Part shown: piece after piece, positions 46,724 through 61,200 of the stretch | Numbering within the stretch: the first letter of the stretch is position 1 | How the letters are laid out: each line of letters starts with the position of its first letter | Assembly: GCF_009914755.1 (NCBI RefSeq) | Contig: NC_060932.1 | Reading direction: 5' to 3' (one strand) | Source: the human T2T-CHM13v2.0 reference genome, Homo sapiens | DNA: 64,000 bases | The notes under the pieces: generated by a model | What the model was told of the DNA's origin: nothing | The model's database searches: none | The model's input: only the letters and a program-made list of their open reading frames with translations | Program-made: the position numbers and the translations under genes

Positions 46724-47949
46724 TACAGTGACCAAGTTCTGCCTTCCTATATTAAGTTTATTATAGCTGCCCAGTAGCTACATATACTAAGCTAAATGCG
46801 GCTTCAAATACTGAGTCCTTCTTAATTTTTAGGTGTAAATAATTTGGCTTCTGTGAAAGTTTTAAAATGCATATATAACAAATATTTCATACCTAACTAT
46901 GAAGACAATAAAAATATCACCCATTATACAGGGTAAATAGACTGAGATACACAGGTTAAATAGCCTAAGATGTTACATTGTCCAAGTCAAAATTAAACTA
47001 CTACTTAATTTTTTAAAAAGGACTATTATCCTGAGATAGTTAAACACGGAAGGAAGCTTGCTTATTTAAGCAATATTACCCAAGATTAGTGGCAGAGCAC
47101 ATAGAAAAAGAAGAGATAGGGCCCAGGTTTGAGAAAATTAAGGAAAACTGACGGATTACTTAGCTGAATAGTTTTAAGAAGTGTTTTTAGTTCAGCAGAA
47201 GTGGTCTGACCTCAGCGCACTTAGGGCATTGTTTACACGCTTCAGAGGGCTAAGGAGGAGATTTAATCCCGAACGTATTCCGCTGGAGAAACCAGATAAG
47301 TCTACCTGAGCCCCAGCAGGGTATATATACTCCGCTACCATCAAGCCTCCACCTGAAAATGTCTCCATTTAACATGGCAGTGCTGTCAATTAAGAGCCAA
47401 TTTGACTTAACAAATTCAAAGAACCTACTAGTAAGTTTATACTCACAAGTTCCAATGTACTATTTGTAACTCCTCCCTGGTCTGTTCCATGCAAGAAAGC
47501 CTCTCAAAGTCCTTCACTTTTCATTCTACTGCTTTGCTTCTACTACTAATACATACAAAGGCCAAAGAAGCTGCCTCTCTAGAATTCCTCTTCCATTATA
47601 GAATCTTAGAAGTTGTGACTGTCCATTTGTGCCAGGGATCTATCTGTATCTGTGGCTAATCCAAAAACCTCAGTCCTATACTTTAATACAACATTAGAGC
47701 TGAACAATAAGGATGTCAAGTATTATAATCTAATTTCAGAACTATGATGCTACAGAAATAGTTAATTATAGAAATACTTAGAACATACTAGAAATAAATA
47801 GGACATTCTTGAAATACACATCAAAAGTCATATTACTCTTTCTTTTAGACTTATAGATGGGGTCACACACCATTCTACAAAGAGGGGAGTCTCTCCGTGA
47901 AATGACTTGAACTTATAAAGCGCATTCTGCTATGTGGTTGCCTCACCAA

Positions 47950-48590
47950 CTCCCTTCCTGCCTGGACTATTACAGTAACCTGTGGATTGGTCTCCTTGCC
48001 TTGAGACGATGACATTTCTGGCACCTAAACCCATCAGCATCAAGTTGTTCTTTTGAAAACATAAATATGACCGTGTTACATGTTTTTAAACCTTTCAATG
48101 GAATACTTTCACCTACAGGATAATGTTTAGATTTTTTAACATGGCATGCATGACGCTTCACTCTCTGGCTTCCACACATTCTCCAGAATTACTTCCTGTC
48201 ACTCTCCTATGTCTATTCTTGTCTCCAACAATTCCCAACCTCTTGTGCTGTGGTCCATGGCTCTCCATGCCTCATGCCTGTGCTGTCCTGGAGCACTTCC
48301 TTCAACTGATACACAAAAAAAGTCTTGCTTATTCTTCCCTGATCTACCTGGGTTTCACCTTCACCTGTATGCAGAGTTAATGCCTTCCCGCTGTCTGTTC
48401 CCATATCAGGCTGTGTACTATTGAAATATTCATCACTCCCTTCAGGCTGTGGCTTAATGTGCCCATCTCCTTATCAGCCTTGGCAATTTAAGGACAGAGG
48501 TTTTGTTTTGTTTTTTGTTTTTTAATCTCTCTCATTTTTGTGTGTTCTCAGGAGCAGGAGAGAAGGGATGTTAATATGTTGAATTAATGT
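47950..48590 (+). mobile_element. L2 3' region
   Basis: cctggactattacagtaacc...ttaaacctttcaatgg...aatatgttgaattaatg. Confidence 0.6.
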
Positions 48591-48989
48591 TAATCATTAA
48601 AACCATCACAACCCCAAATTTCTTTAATCCCTACTTAATCCAAATTGATTGAATTTGTACAATTTTCATGAATGTTGAATAATCTTGAGGTGAAATAATC
48701 TTATTTCACAAAATAAAAATTTGTTGAAATATCATTCAACAAAGATATTATTCTAAATATTCAAAACCGAAAGAAAGCATAGGTCATAGAGCTATTTGGT
48801 GGTCAGTTCAGAGGAAACTTTGACAGGATGATGCCAACAATGGGAAAAAAAAAGCCCCAATAACCATCCTGTCTTATAACCTACAAATAATGTTACATAC
48901 AATTTTAAATTCAAATATATTTGTTAGCATGTTTGAAATCTATTTTTGTTTGTTTGTTTTCCTGGGCTCCTCAGATAGTGAATTGGACT

Positions 48990-50090
48990 TAGGAACAGAT
49001 TTTGAAGAATAAACTAGAATCAGTCAAGTGGATGGAGGGTAAATGTCCTCTAGGGGGATAACTCACCAGAAAAAGAGGCTGAAGAGTAGGCAGCAAGGGA
49101 AGAGCTGGTGGCTCCTCATCTGTAGCACAGGGTGTTGTGAAAGTAGGAGAGAGAAGGCTGGCACGGGGTGGGGGCGGGTGCAGAGCAGGTCATGTAGGGT
49201 CATACAAACCTCACTAAATTCCAAAGACCACAGGAAGTCTCAGAAGCATTTTTCCAGGGGAGGGATGCTATCAGATTTGCAAAAAAGTAGACTTGAAAAT
49301 CATTCTCAAGGTAGCACAGGTGCTGGAAGAATAATGAAAATTACTGACCTTCAAAAAGTCCTTATTCTGTGCCTGGTATTATTCCAGGCATATTACATAT
49401 GTTACTGCTTTTCATTTTCACAGCAAACTAAGAGGTGAATACTAGCATGTCTTCTTTTACTAAGCTACATGCACACTAAGTAGCAACACTGAGATCCAAA
49501 TCAAGGTAATCAGGCAGGAGAGTCCGTGCAATTACCCTTGCTATAGTGCCTCCCCAAAGGCAGGAGGAATTGGAGTCCGGAGGTGGATAGCTTAGTTAAA
49601 AAACAAAAGCAACAGTAGAAGGAAGAAATAATAACCTAGGGTAGTGATGAAGCAAAAAGAGAGATACAAATGTAAGAGATATTTAGAAAGTAAAATTAAT
49701 TAGGTTTGATAACCCCTTAAAAATCAGGTAGAGGGTGATGTTCAATGTCTGCCTCAGACAGGTGGAGGTGCTATTTGCAAGAATAAAGAACAGAAGCAGC
49801 ATCAGGTGGAGAGGGAGCTTTTGGCAATGTTTGGGATTCAATATGTGAAGCTAGTATTATAAAACAGTGTAGCAAAGTGATATATTAGGAGTTATAAATG
49901 CACAGAGGAGGAAGTGACTCATTCTGATTAAAGAAGACTCAGATAAGTTATCTGAACTTTGAAAGATGTGTAGATTTTCCCCAGTTGCAAAATGAAAGAA
50001 AGGGTATTACAGGCATATGGAATAAAATGTGCAAGTTAAGGCATCGTAGGAAAGCAGGGTAAATCCCAAGGTACCGTGAGAATCCGGGCC
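48990..50090 (-). mobile_element. L2 fragments with nested MIR
   Basis: Purine-rich L2 antisense motifs; MIR-like 49330-49550. Confidence 0.45.
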
Positions 50091-50727
50091 GGCTGCAGAG
50101 TGCATGGCAGAGAATGGGAGCTGATGCTGAAGGAAAGCAGGAGTGAAACTGGGGAAAGTTTCCACATGCTTAGGAGCTGTTCCTCTCTGCCCAGGAGCAA
50201 AATATACTCTCACAAGTCCCAGGGTCGGTCAGTGCTTGTGTGTAGTTGTACCTTTGGAAGGTTATGCCCAAGGTGACATGTGAAAGCTGCTGGCCAGGTT
50301 TAGGGAATCACAAAGAAATTGAAGGCTGAAGTTCACAGGCTGGCCAGCCCCAGAGGAAATTCTATTTTCACATGAGGATTCTGCTTTGCTCTCTAGCCTC
50401 AGAATGTGGCATGGTGGCAGCTGTCATAGTATAGCATCTTGCATAGTGTTGTGCTCCTTGACTAGGAAGATATACCCCTTGAGAGACTGGTGGACAGTGG
50501 TGGGCATTATTTCCAATCCCCTCTCCAGGTCCCTATGTCTCTCATATAGAAGTCTGCTACTGATGACAAATCTGGTTTATTGAGCAACTTATTATGCCTT
50601 ACAAGCCACCTTGTATATTAAGTGCCCTGCTTTCCTCCCTTTCCTGGCTTGTTCTCCAGTCACTCAAGTCTCAGGAATGTTTTCTTTTCATTTCTTTTAT
50701 TTTTTAACTTCATCTCAATTTTGGGTT

Positions 50728-51245
50728 TTTTTTCAACTTTTATTATAGCTTCAGGGGGTACATGTGCATGTTTAAAGGAATATTGTGTGATGCTGAGGTT
50801 TGGAGTACAAATGAATCCATCTCCCAGGTAGTGAGCATAGTACCCAGTAGGTAGTTTTTCAGCCCTTGCCCACTTCTTCCCTCCCTACTCTTGTATTCCC
50901 CAGCATCTATTCTCATCCTTATGTCCACGTGTACTTTATGCTTAGTTCCTAATCATAACTGAGGACACGTGGTATTTGGTTTTCTATTCTTGTATCGGTT
51001 CACTTAGGATCATGGCCTCTATCTGGAACCATTTTGCTACAAAGGATATGATTTTGTTGTTTTTCGTGGCTGCAGAGTATTCCATGCTGGATACGTATCA
51101 CATCTTTATCCAATCCAGAGTTGATGGGCTCCTGCATTGATTCCTTGCCTTTGCTAATGTGAATGCTGCTGCAATGAACATAGGGGCGCATGTGCGTTTT
51201 TGGTAGGACAACTTATTTTCCTTTGCATTTATGTCCAGTAATGGA
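50728..51245 (-). mobile_element. L1PA15/16-like 3' end
   Basis: tcagggggtacatgtgc...ctgaggtttgg...cccaggtagtgagcatagtaccc. Confidence 0.85.
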
Positions 51246-52299
51246 AACTTTTCTTTATGCTTTCAAATTTTATGCCCTGCCATCATTCCAGCATCTATCA
51301 CACTTGGTTTAATTATTTGTTTAAGTCTATGTATCCTCCCCCGGACTGTGATTTTCTTGCCTCCACCCCACCCTCACTCCCTTATTTCTGTAATAGTTGT
51401 GCCTAGAACAGTGCCAGGCACATAGTAGTCACTCATTACAGTTTCTTGTTGAAAGTCATTGAATAGTATGGAAGAAAAAGGGAAGCTTTTTACTTATTTA
51501 CCATGGAAACTGCTCTCAATGTGATTAGTAAGCAAACTTTTCTTCTTCCTTCGTTTTCCCCCATAGTCAGAAACTCTCACTGCAGGCTTCGGAAATGCAA
51601 TCCTTATGGAGCTTGATGCTTGGCTATCCTCACAGTAGATCAAGACTGCACTCCTATTCCCATATTTCAAGAGATAATTTTTCTTGATTATGCATGAAAT
51701 GCACTTATCTGTGGAGGAATCGATCAGTTCTGACTATTTACACAGTTCACATCTGCAGGAGGAAACTCTTTCATAAATAAGATGCAGCGAAGTCCAGAAT
51801 CTGTGAAATCATTTTGGCCCAAATGAGTCTTTTGTGTCCTTTGTTCATGGAGATTGGGTGAAGCAAGGTGCACCTGTTTCAATAGTAAAGCAGCCCCACT
51901 GAGGAAAGGACTTTTTGAGTTGTGTCATTAGAAGTCATCATTGCATATGTGAGAGAAGAGAGGAAGGAAAGGGCAGGATGCAGTCACATAACAGGTAAGA
52001 AGGTAAAACAATGTTCTCTTAAAATAGTGGAGTGCATCTATCCCACTTTAATTTGGCCTCAAATAGCAGTTGTATGCATTTTGCTTCTAATTCCAGTGTT
52101 CTCAGTGAAAAAAAGGAAACTGACCATGGATTTATTCCAGGGCATTTATGCCTGACCTGCTACCTGTTATGGACAGAACATCTTGTAGGTTCTTTATCCT
52201 CCTGTATGGACATAGGGGAAGACAATATTGACTAGTTAATCTTGGCAGGTAATTATTAGAAGATGCCTGTTTTGTTTGTTTTGAATATCTAAATTATCC

Positions 52300-53900
52300 T
52301 AGAAGGAGAAAAAGTAGGATCCCCAAAGGGGTTGGCATCTGAGTTGAATTTTGAAGCATGAGAAGAAGCTAGCAGGCAAAGATTGTGGGGGATGAGTATT
52401 CAAAACCTAGGGCACCCACGTGCACACGCAGGGAAAAAGAAACCAAGGTGTTGTACTCAGAAAATGCAGAAATACTGAGAGTAGCTCAATCAGACTAGAG
52501 TGTAGGTTAAGGGAGTGAGAAAGTAACCTAGGCAGGTATGCAGAAGCCCGATGAAAAAAAGACCTTATAAAACACCCCAAGGACTGTGCCAATTATTTAG
52601 AAGTGAATGAGGAGTCAGTTGAAGATTTTAAGAAGGAAAGTCACATGGTTAGGGTTTTATGATAGAAACACAACTTTGGCAATGGAACCCAAAACACCTA
52701 ATTGAGGCAAATCTGTAGGTGGGGGAGAAGGCCAGCAATGTCAGGCCCAGTCCAGTATGTACACCTGAGAAAAACTTCCACATGTGCATGTAAGACACAA
52801 AGATTTGTTTCAGCCTTTTTTGCTATAGAAGTACTAGAAACAGTCTAAACAGTCACTATTAAAGGATTGCATATATAAAATGCAGCAGTGCCACAGAATG
52901 AATGTATTACCACAATTAAATGGCATGAATTTGATCTTTATATATATCAATGTAGATTGACTTAAAATAAAAATGTTAAATGAAAAAAGCAAGAAACGTG
53001 AAGTTTCAATTATGGAATTATTTAAATTATCTAAATTTATATAGATTTAGAAAATGCACACAGACCTAAATAACGTGTGACTACCTGTGTGTGTAAGTAA
53101 AAATTTAAAGTGAAGTGGAAGGTTATGCACCAGTCTCACATAATGTTTGTGTGAGGAGAGGGGGCAGAGAGGGAAATAGAACTGAATAAAGTGGTGAATA
53201 AAAGTGGCTTCAGCTTTTTCTGAAATGTAATATTTTTGTAGGTCTTTAAGGGAAATATAGGATTATATTGCTTATGTAATTTTTCTAAATATATACTTAG
53301 GGCAAAGAGATTAATAGCAAATATGATACAATAGTAACAGCTATTCTGAGTTTTGCGTGTGTTTGTTCGATTATACTTTGTATTATTTTATACTCGAAAA
53401 ATAATTTATCTTCTTATAAGTAAAATTGTGTGTATGTGTGGTGTGCATGCATGTGTGTACAGTGGCCAGATTCATGTATTAGCTGAGTCTGCTAACTGTG
53501 AAACCAGGCGATAAGAGAGTTTCGGATGCATTGTCAACCAGGTTAAGATAAGAACAAAAAAGAGTTGAATCAGTTCGTGACTTAGCAGGTCACCACTGAC
53601 CTTGACGGGGATGATTTCAGGAGAGTAGTATAGGTGGACATCAGGTTGCAGTGGATTCAGAGAATGAATGAAATATGAAGAAGAGGTGACAAGTGTCATC
53701 TATGTCCAGAAGATTGGCTGTAAAGTGGAAGAAATAGATGGACTAGTACGTAGAGGAGGATATAGGTTTAACGAAGGTGATTGTTATTTTTAAGAGTAGG
53801 GAAACCTGATATTGCTTATCTGAAACAGGAAAAATAAAGAGGAGAGGTCAAAGATACAGCTGAGAGAGGGAATAACTGATAAGGTTAGGGCAGAAGAAAA
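52300..53900. mobile_element. L2 fragments with intervening L1ME-like 3' fragment (about 52760-53400)
   Basis: gcatctgagttgaattttgaag; ggtcaccactgaccttgac; aaatgttaaatgaaaaaagcaag. Confidence 0.45.
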
Positions 53901-55164
53901 CAGGAAGGAAGAGAGTCTACTATGGGAAGGTGGAGCCTCTCTGAGCAGTGAAAGTCAAGAGAGGCAAGGAGAAACTCAGAAGTGCAGAAAGGAAGGCATG
54001 ATATGAGTTTGAGGAATTTCAAATGAACAGCTTCAATTTTTTAAAAATGCAAATTGTATAATTCTGCCTTGACTGAATATTCTTACTTACATGGAAGAAA
54101 TATAAGAATGTGTACTTTCTTGTACATAAATAACTACAGCTATTTAACTTCTTGTTATTATATGAAATTATCAAAAGCAGTAGTAATATTATTCTTCTTG
54201 CAATTATGGCAATTTTGGTTTTGGCAAGTATAATGAATATCAGAAAGAAAAGCAAATTACCAAGTAATGTAGACAGGGATATGCTTTTAAATAATAGAAT
54301 CTGCGCTTAGACCATGAAAGTTGTTAGGTCTATACTACACCAATATATCATGTTGGAAATTAAACATATTATATTCTACCATGTGCTAATTACATTAAAT
54401 ACTCCATAGAACTACACTGATGTAAAATTCTTAACTGATTTCTCTTTCCTCCTTTTCCATTTGTATCCTACTGAATTTATTCTTTATTTGACCTAATTGA
54501 TTGGATTAACGGATATTTTTGGCACTGTTCAGTGACACCTTCATATATAATGCAAAATACTTGGAAATACTATCAATTGACTTCATTCATTCAAGAATAC
54601 CAATGGAGCTCCCAACATCATAATTTCTTAAAACTTGATTTTCATAGGATCATGGAATTCTAAAATTGGAAGAAATATGTTTCTAGTCATCTAGTATAGC
54701 TTCCAATCCATAGGATGAATCCTCATGGCTAATGAAAGCCTGGAAGAACATTAGAACCACCATGAGGAGGTAAGGAATGAGCAACATTTTCTTCTTTTTC
54801 TGGGTGAGGCAATTATATATGACATACTGTCTATTGATGAATATGCTAAGAGCAGCAGTAAGCATTTATTTCTATTCATTTGGCCAATAGTGGCCAGGCA
54901 TATATTTATTGAATCAACATATAGTTACATAGGAAATGACACACTCTGCCAACTAGGAGTTTCCAGTCACATACAGGAGACAAGACATCAGATAGCTAAT
55001 AAGACACACAAATCCTCAGTACTCAAAGGATAGCACAACTTGCTTTGTAGTCATACAGAAACAATTATTTGTTTGTGGACATACAGCATCCTTGGAAAGC
55101 TATTAGCTTCCATGTGAGGAAAGCTACATGAATGCTGATTACAACATGTTACAGTTGAATATCA

Positions 55165-55671
<507 letters not shown>

Positions 55672-55758
55672 TTACCATGAGCCCAACATTTTTTAAAATA
55701 ATTGTACCCCAAAACTGGGATGCAAAAAGGAAGAATAAATTAGTCATATCTTCAGTAA

Positions 55759-56076
<318 letters not shown>

Positions 56077-57172
56077 TCACTGTGACATTGGAACCCACGA
56101 GTCTTTCTTATAAAGAACTAAAGAACTAAATTTTTAATACAGTATTTAATTGCAGCCAAGACCCTTACTAAGCTGTGCTTTCATACATGTTACACTGTTT
56201 TAAGCAGATGATCTGTTGATTCAGAAGAGTGAGAGTTGAAGTCAAATGACTCCTTTTTTTCTGAAAGCGTTTTCATACTATATTATAGAGAAGGCTGAGG
56301 CAAATTTCATGGTTAGATTCATATTTGAAATTTTTTTCGATTGCTTCGACATATTTTATACAAAGTATTTTATATTCCATAACTAAAGTTATAATTTTTG
56401 TAAACAACAACAAAAAAGGTAATTAGTTAAGAAGGTGGGGGTACGTCTTACATTTCCAATAAATCAAGGAGCAAAGTTTGCAAAGCCGAGCTATTATGCA
56501 CAAAAGCACCATCTAGTGACGAGAATGAGTAACTGCATGCACACAAGCCATAACAATATAAAAGCAAGGACCCATGAAGCGGCAGGTATAGGAACTCGCT
56601 CCCATGTTCTCACTCATTATCCAATATGAATGAAAACTAATTTGTCAGTAATTAGTTTCAAGCCCTACTCTCTACACTTAGTGAGCCCTTTGGGCTTTAT
56701 GATTTTATGCAGTTTCCCCCTTTTCAGTATTGGCTGTATTTTGAAATGACCTAATAATCATAGTAAGTTGTAAATGACTGATAATTGACTTAACACATTC
56801 TCCTCCCAGGACATATTTCAATTTTGAAAGACATGACTCAACTAATCAGTAGAGGGAGGGATTTTGTGTTAGTAGGGCCATAGCTATTTTTTTAATTAAA
56901 AAAAGAAGTCTCTCAACTTCTAAATAATTGACCAACTATTCATTGCATTTCCCCTGATTAACTGGCACGGTCATTAGAAAACCTTTGAAACATCACTGAG
57001 ACATTAAAATTCTGACTATTAGTGCTTTTCTATTGCTTAGGAAGACAATACATACAAAGCAAAGCACTATAAAGTTAGATTAACATATTTTGGCATTGTG
57101 TGTTATTATATGTTATCTTGTATGCAATATCACAATTTTTGTTGTTTCCCTGTGTCAAAAATATAGCTTCCT

Positions 57173-57305
57173 GGCTAGGCTCAGTGGCTCATGCCTGTAA
57201 TCCCAGCACTTTGGGTGGCCAGGCAGGAGAATCGCTTGAGCCCAGGAATTTGAGACCTGCCTGGGCAACATAATGAGACCCCATCGCTATGAAAGAAATT
57301 AAAAA
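57173..57305 (+). mobile_element. FLAM_C monomer
   Basis: Single arm with atcgcttgagcccaggaatttgagacc. Confidence 0.85.
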
Positions 57306-57849
57306 GCTTATGAAAAATCTAAGAGATGGCTGATATGCCTTTTAGGAAGAAGAAACAGATTCCTGAGAGTTCATTACAACAAGTGTATTACAATTTTTTT
57401 TTCGGGCTTGGATTTTGAACCTACTGCACAATCTGTCCTCTCAGCACACTCCTAAATGCTCCATGGCTCAGAAAAATGTCTTCTAATTATCAGAGGGTAT
57501 CCCCACTACTTGTTCAGAAAATAGTGTCCACAAACTAAATGTCCAACAATAGCAGAATATTTAAATAAAATATCTTCATGCTGGACTAACTAACTTATAG
57601 ACAACAGAAGCCAATTGTCTACATATTCAAGGACAGAAAAAGTCTTTGAATATAATTTGATGAGTTTTTAAAAACCCCATAATTGTATTTTTAGTATGAT
57701 TTCAAGTTTGAAAAAAATAATTTTTATATCCCTAGGAAAAACTACTGGAATAATACACTTGAAATATTAAGAGTGGTCATCTATGGATGGTAGGATTAGG
57801 GGATACATTTTAATTTCCTATTTAACCTCACCTACCATGTCAGCTACCA

Positions 57850-58258
57850 TGTTTTCCAGATTGCGTTAACACCCCCAGTTCTTCACTCATGTTTGCATTC
57901 ATGCACTTCCCCTCTAATTTTGTAGTTCTTCCAATAAAAAGGTAGAGTATTTCGCCCACACCTTACAGTTGGGTTCATCCCTGTGGGTGGCTTTGGTTAT
58001 TGGAAAGTTAGCGGGAATTTCATGAGCCAAGGCCTGGAAAGTGCTTTTATTGGTCTTGCCCTCTTGCACCTCTGCCATCTGCATGAGAAGACTGGCCTGA
58101 ACTGGAGGATGATCTCCAGTGGAGGATGATATTCACAAGGAGCAGAGCCAAGTCCCAAGCTGAGCCCAGCCAATCCCCATCTACCTGCACATCTTTGCTG
58201 CTGGGATTGTTGAAGCTGATTGCTATGCAGCATTATTGTGGCAATAGCTATCTAATTT
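57850..58258 (+). mobile_element. MLT1H-like MaLR LTR
   Basis: cttgccctcttgcacctctgccatc..atgagaag; ends gctatgcagcattattgtggcaatagcta. Confidence 0.7.
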
Positions 58259-61200
58259 ACTGTTATTACAAAGAAGTGATATACATGATTCAAAGTAGCA
58301 TACAGTGTAATTGTGGAGTAGGAGGTCAGACCCAAGGATGGAACAGTTGTCTCCTCGCTGCAAAACAAGTGCAATGCTTTCCATTCCCTGGGCTTCCCGC
58401 AAATTCTCTTTTATAGATATATTCTTAGATATTGAGTTCAAACACACATTGAAATCTGTCGTATGGATGGGCAGAGATTGCTGGAACCACAGGCCAACTC
58501 AACTCATATATGTGCTTTTCCCGTAATTTTTCCTCACTTTTCCTGGTATTAGTTGTAAAAGAGGAAATGTATCAATAATACATTTACATTCCCTGTCAAA
58601 ATCACTGTATTATTTTTCAATTTTTCATGCTCCAATTGCTATCTTCACCCTCTTTCTCTCCTTGTCTCTCCTTCCTTCCTGACTCTATGGTTTCCTGTAT
58701 TACAATAGGGAAACAACACAAAGGGGCAGCAATGACAGAGGGTTCTTCTTAAGAACCCCTCCTTGAAACAATTCAGTTTAGTACAGCAGTATTTCACTCC
58801 CTGAAATATTTTTCCCTGAGTAGGTGAATCTTATGTGCCATCCTCTGGTTTATGGACACTCCAGTGCATTTACAGAAGATACTTGACTACGTTGATCACC
58901 CATGCTGAATGCAACAAATTCACTCACCATTCCATTTACCTCAAGCCAACGTTAGTGGAGTTTTAGTGAAGGCTGAGGACTCAGAACCAAGTCAGTCTAT
59001 CCAGAGTGGGTTTGAGGGACTACTAACACAATGGTTCTAAGACCTTGGGTATTAGAACTAGTCTTGGATCATCAGTGATGCTGGAGAACCAACATTGTAC
59101 CCACCCCACCCCTTGGCTCTGGGCTAGCTGACATTTGGACACTTGACAGAGAGAGGGTACTGTAAGCCACTCATGGCTGCATGGGGAAGCTGTGAAAAAG
59201 GACAGAAAACCAGGACAACTTTGTCACAGTCTCCAAGGAGGCTGACATTATCTGGTCTCCTCTTTCCTCCTCCTGCCCAACCTCAAAGGAGTAGGCACAA
59301 GGAAGAAGGCATCCCATCTTGCCTCCACCCTAGGCCCCTCTGGCCTGTGCTGATTTGTGAATTAAGAAAGCCTAAAATGAATACGAGATTCAAGTTTAGA
59401 AACAAAACAGCACTAAAGTATACTTTAAGAGCTAATACAAAATAGTTTTGATAAATTGAAGTGACTTAAAGAGATGGACTCAGACACATATTATTAAGGA
59501 AAACTGAAAGCCAGCTAGAGAGGAGCATTTGACAGAAGCGGTGAGAGTACGTATTGGAAAACTAAAAGTGTTTCATGTTCAGACTCCCAGCCAGTTGAGA
59601 CTGCTTGCTGAACCACCTTGCTCAACTGACTCAGCTATGGATTTGTGTTGGGGAAAAAGAGGAAGAAGGAAACAGATCATGAATGTTTCTTTTTCTTGGC
59701 CTGCTCCTGGCAAGATGTTTGTCCCCTGCACTTCCCTACTATCTCTTTCTGACCCCTTTCTGCATGCCCCAGTGGGGACTCTGCTGGTTTTGTGACCCAG
59801 TTTCTTTCATAGAAGAGACAATTTCCGGACAGGCATGCTTCAGTCTTGTAGGGTGAGGGATCGGCTGGCCACATCGATTTGAGAAAACATAGTTGATGCT
59901 CCACACACTCTGTGTTCCTTATAAGACCCCCTTCTTTATCATCCTTCCTCCTCTTGTACTGATGTGTGTGGGGAGAGAGGAGGCTGGTGAAGGGGTAGTG
60001 CTTGTCCCAATTATCCTGAAATGGTGCTTTGGAAATCTTTAAACCTAGAATGGAGGTGCCACTCTCCTTTTGTCCTCATCAGCGGGCTGTAGGAGTTAAT
60101 TCCAGGAAAACAAGAAGCACTTCCTCAGCCCCTCACACTGGCTTGTTAGAAATGTGTACGGAGGCCACCCAGGCAGGGGCATTGCATTCCAGGGCTCATC
60201 CCCACTGCCTCTCATTTGCCCAATCAGCCACTTGGCTTGGCCCAGCAGCTTGGATTTGCTTTTGTTCCCACTGCCACAGCCACTAATGGTACCAGAGTGG
60301 TTCCTCTGTGCAAGGGGCCTTCACAGCCACACCCTGCCGAGGAATGCGAGGCCACCCTTGACTTACCTGTCAGAAAAGGATCAGACAGGAAGAGATTTTC
60401 CAGACCCTACACCGGGTTCCAAGGCTTTACAACAATAATATCCAGATGTTCTCTTGAGAATAACATGGCAAACTATTTCTTCCACATTAAGATAAGATTG
60501 ATTCCCTAGTGTGTGGGCAAAAGGTCTCCCACTCTGGCGGCTTTTTGATCCCTGACTCTACTAACTTAGGCCTCCCTTTGTGGGGTCCATCTTTGCAGCT
60601 TTCTCTATGCCCTGCCCCGCTTTACTCCAGTGACTTCCTTTCCTGCTTGGTTCCCACTTCACGTATCACTCAGAGAGCCCTTGGAACTGCTAGATTGAGC
60701 CATATGAGAGAGCCATGTTTGTAGGTCAAAAAGCCAAATATTGGGACATTTGTATGCTTTAACTTAAAAAAACAACAAAGAAACAAACAAAAAAACACTG
60801 TATGCACCTACCAAGCCCAAGGAGAGTGCAATGAGGGATTTATGTTGTGTGAAGTCAACCACTATACATTTTATTAGAACTGTGTCAGAAGATCCAATAT
60901 TTTAATAAGCCTAATGGAAATCTTTTTTATTCCTTAAACTTTCCTTTTTTAATATGAATAAGTATCTGATGGATCATCTTTATTTGGCACACTGGGTCAT
61001 TTTCTTGCTAAAGTCAAGCTCAGTAATATCTGCTTAACGGAATTAAGTATGATTAATTCTGTCAAATATCACATTAGATCTCACTGCATGTCAAGTTGAA
61101 GCGTCAATAAAAATATATTAATATGCTTTCTTAAATAAAGGCTAAACCCAAGGAAACCAAGCCAGGAAGCATTCATGGACTTGTCCATTTCAGAAAACTT

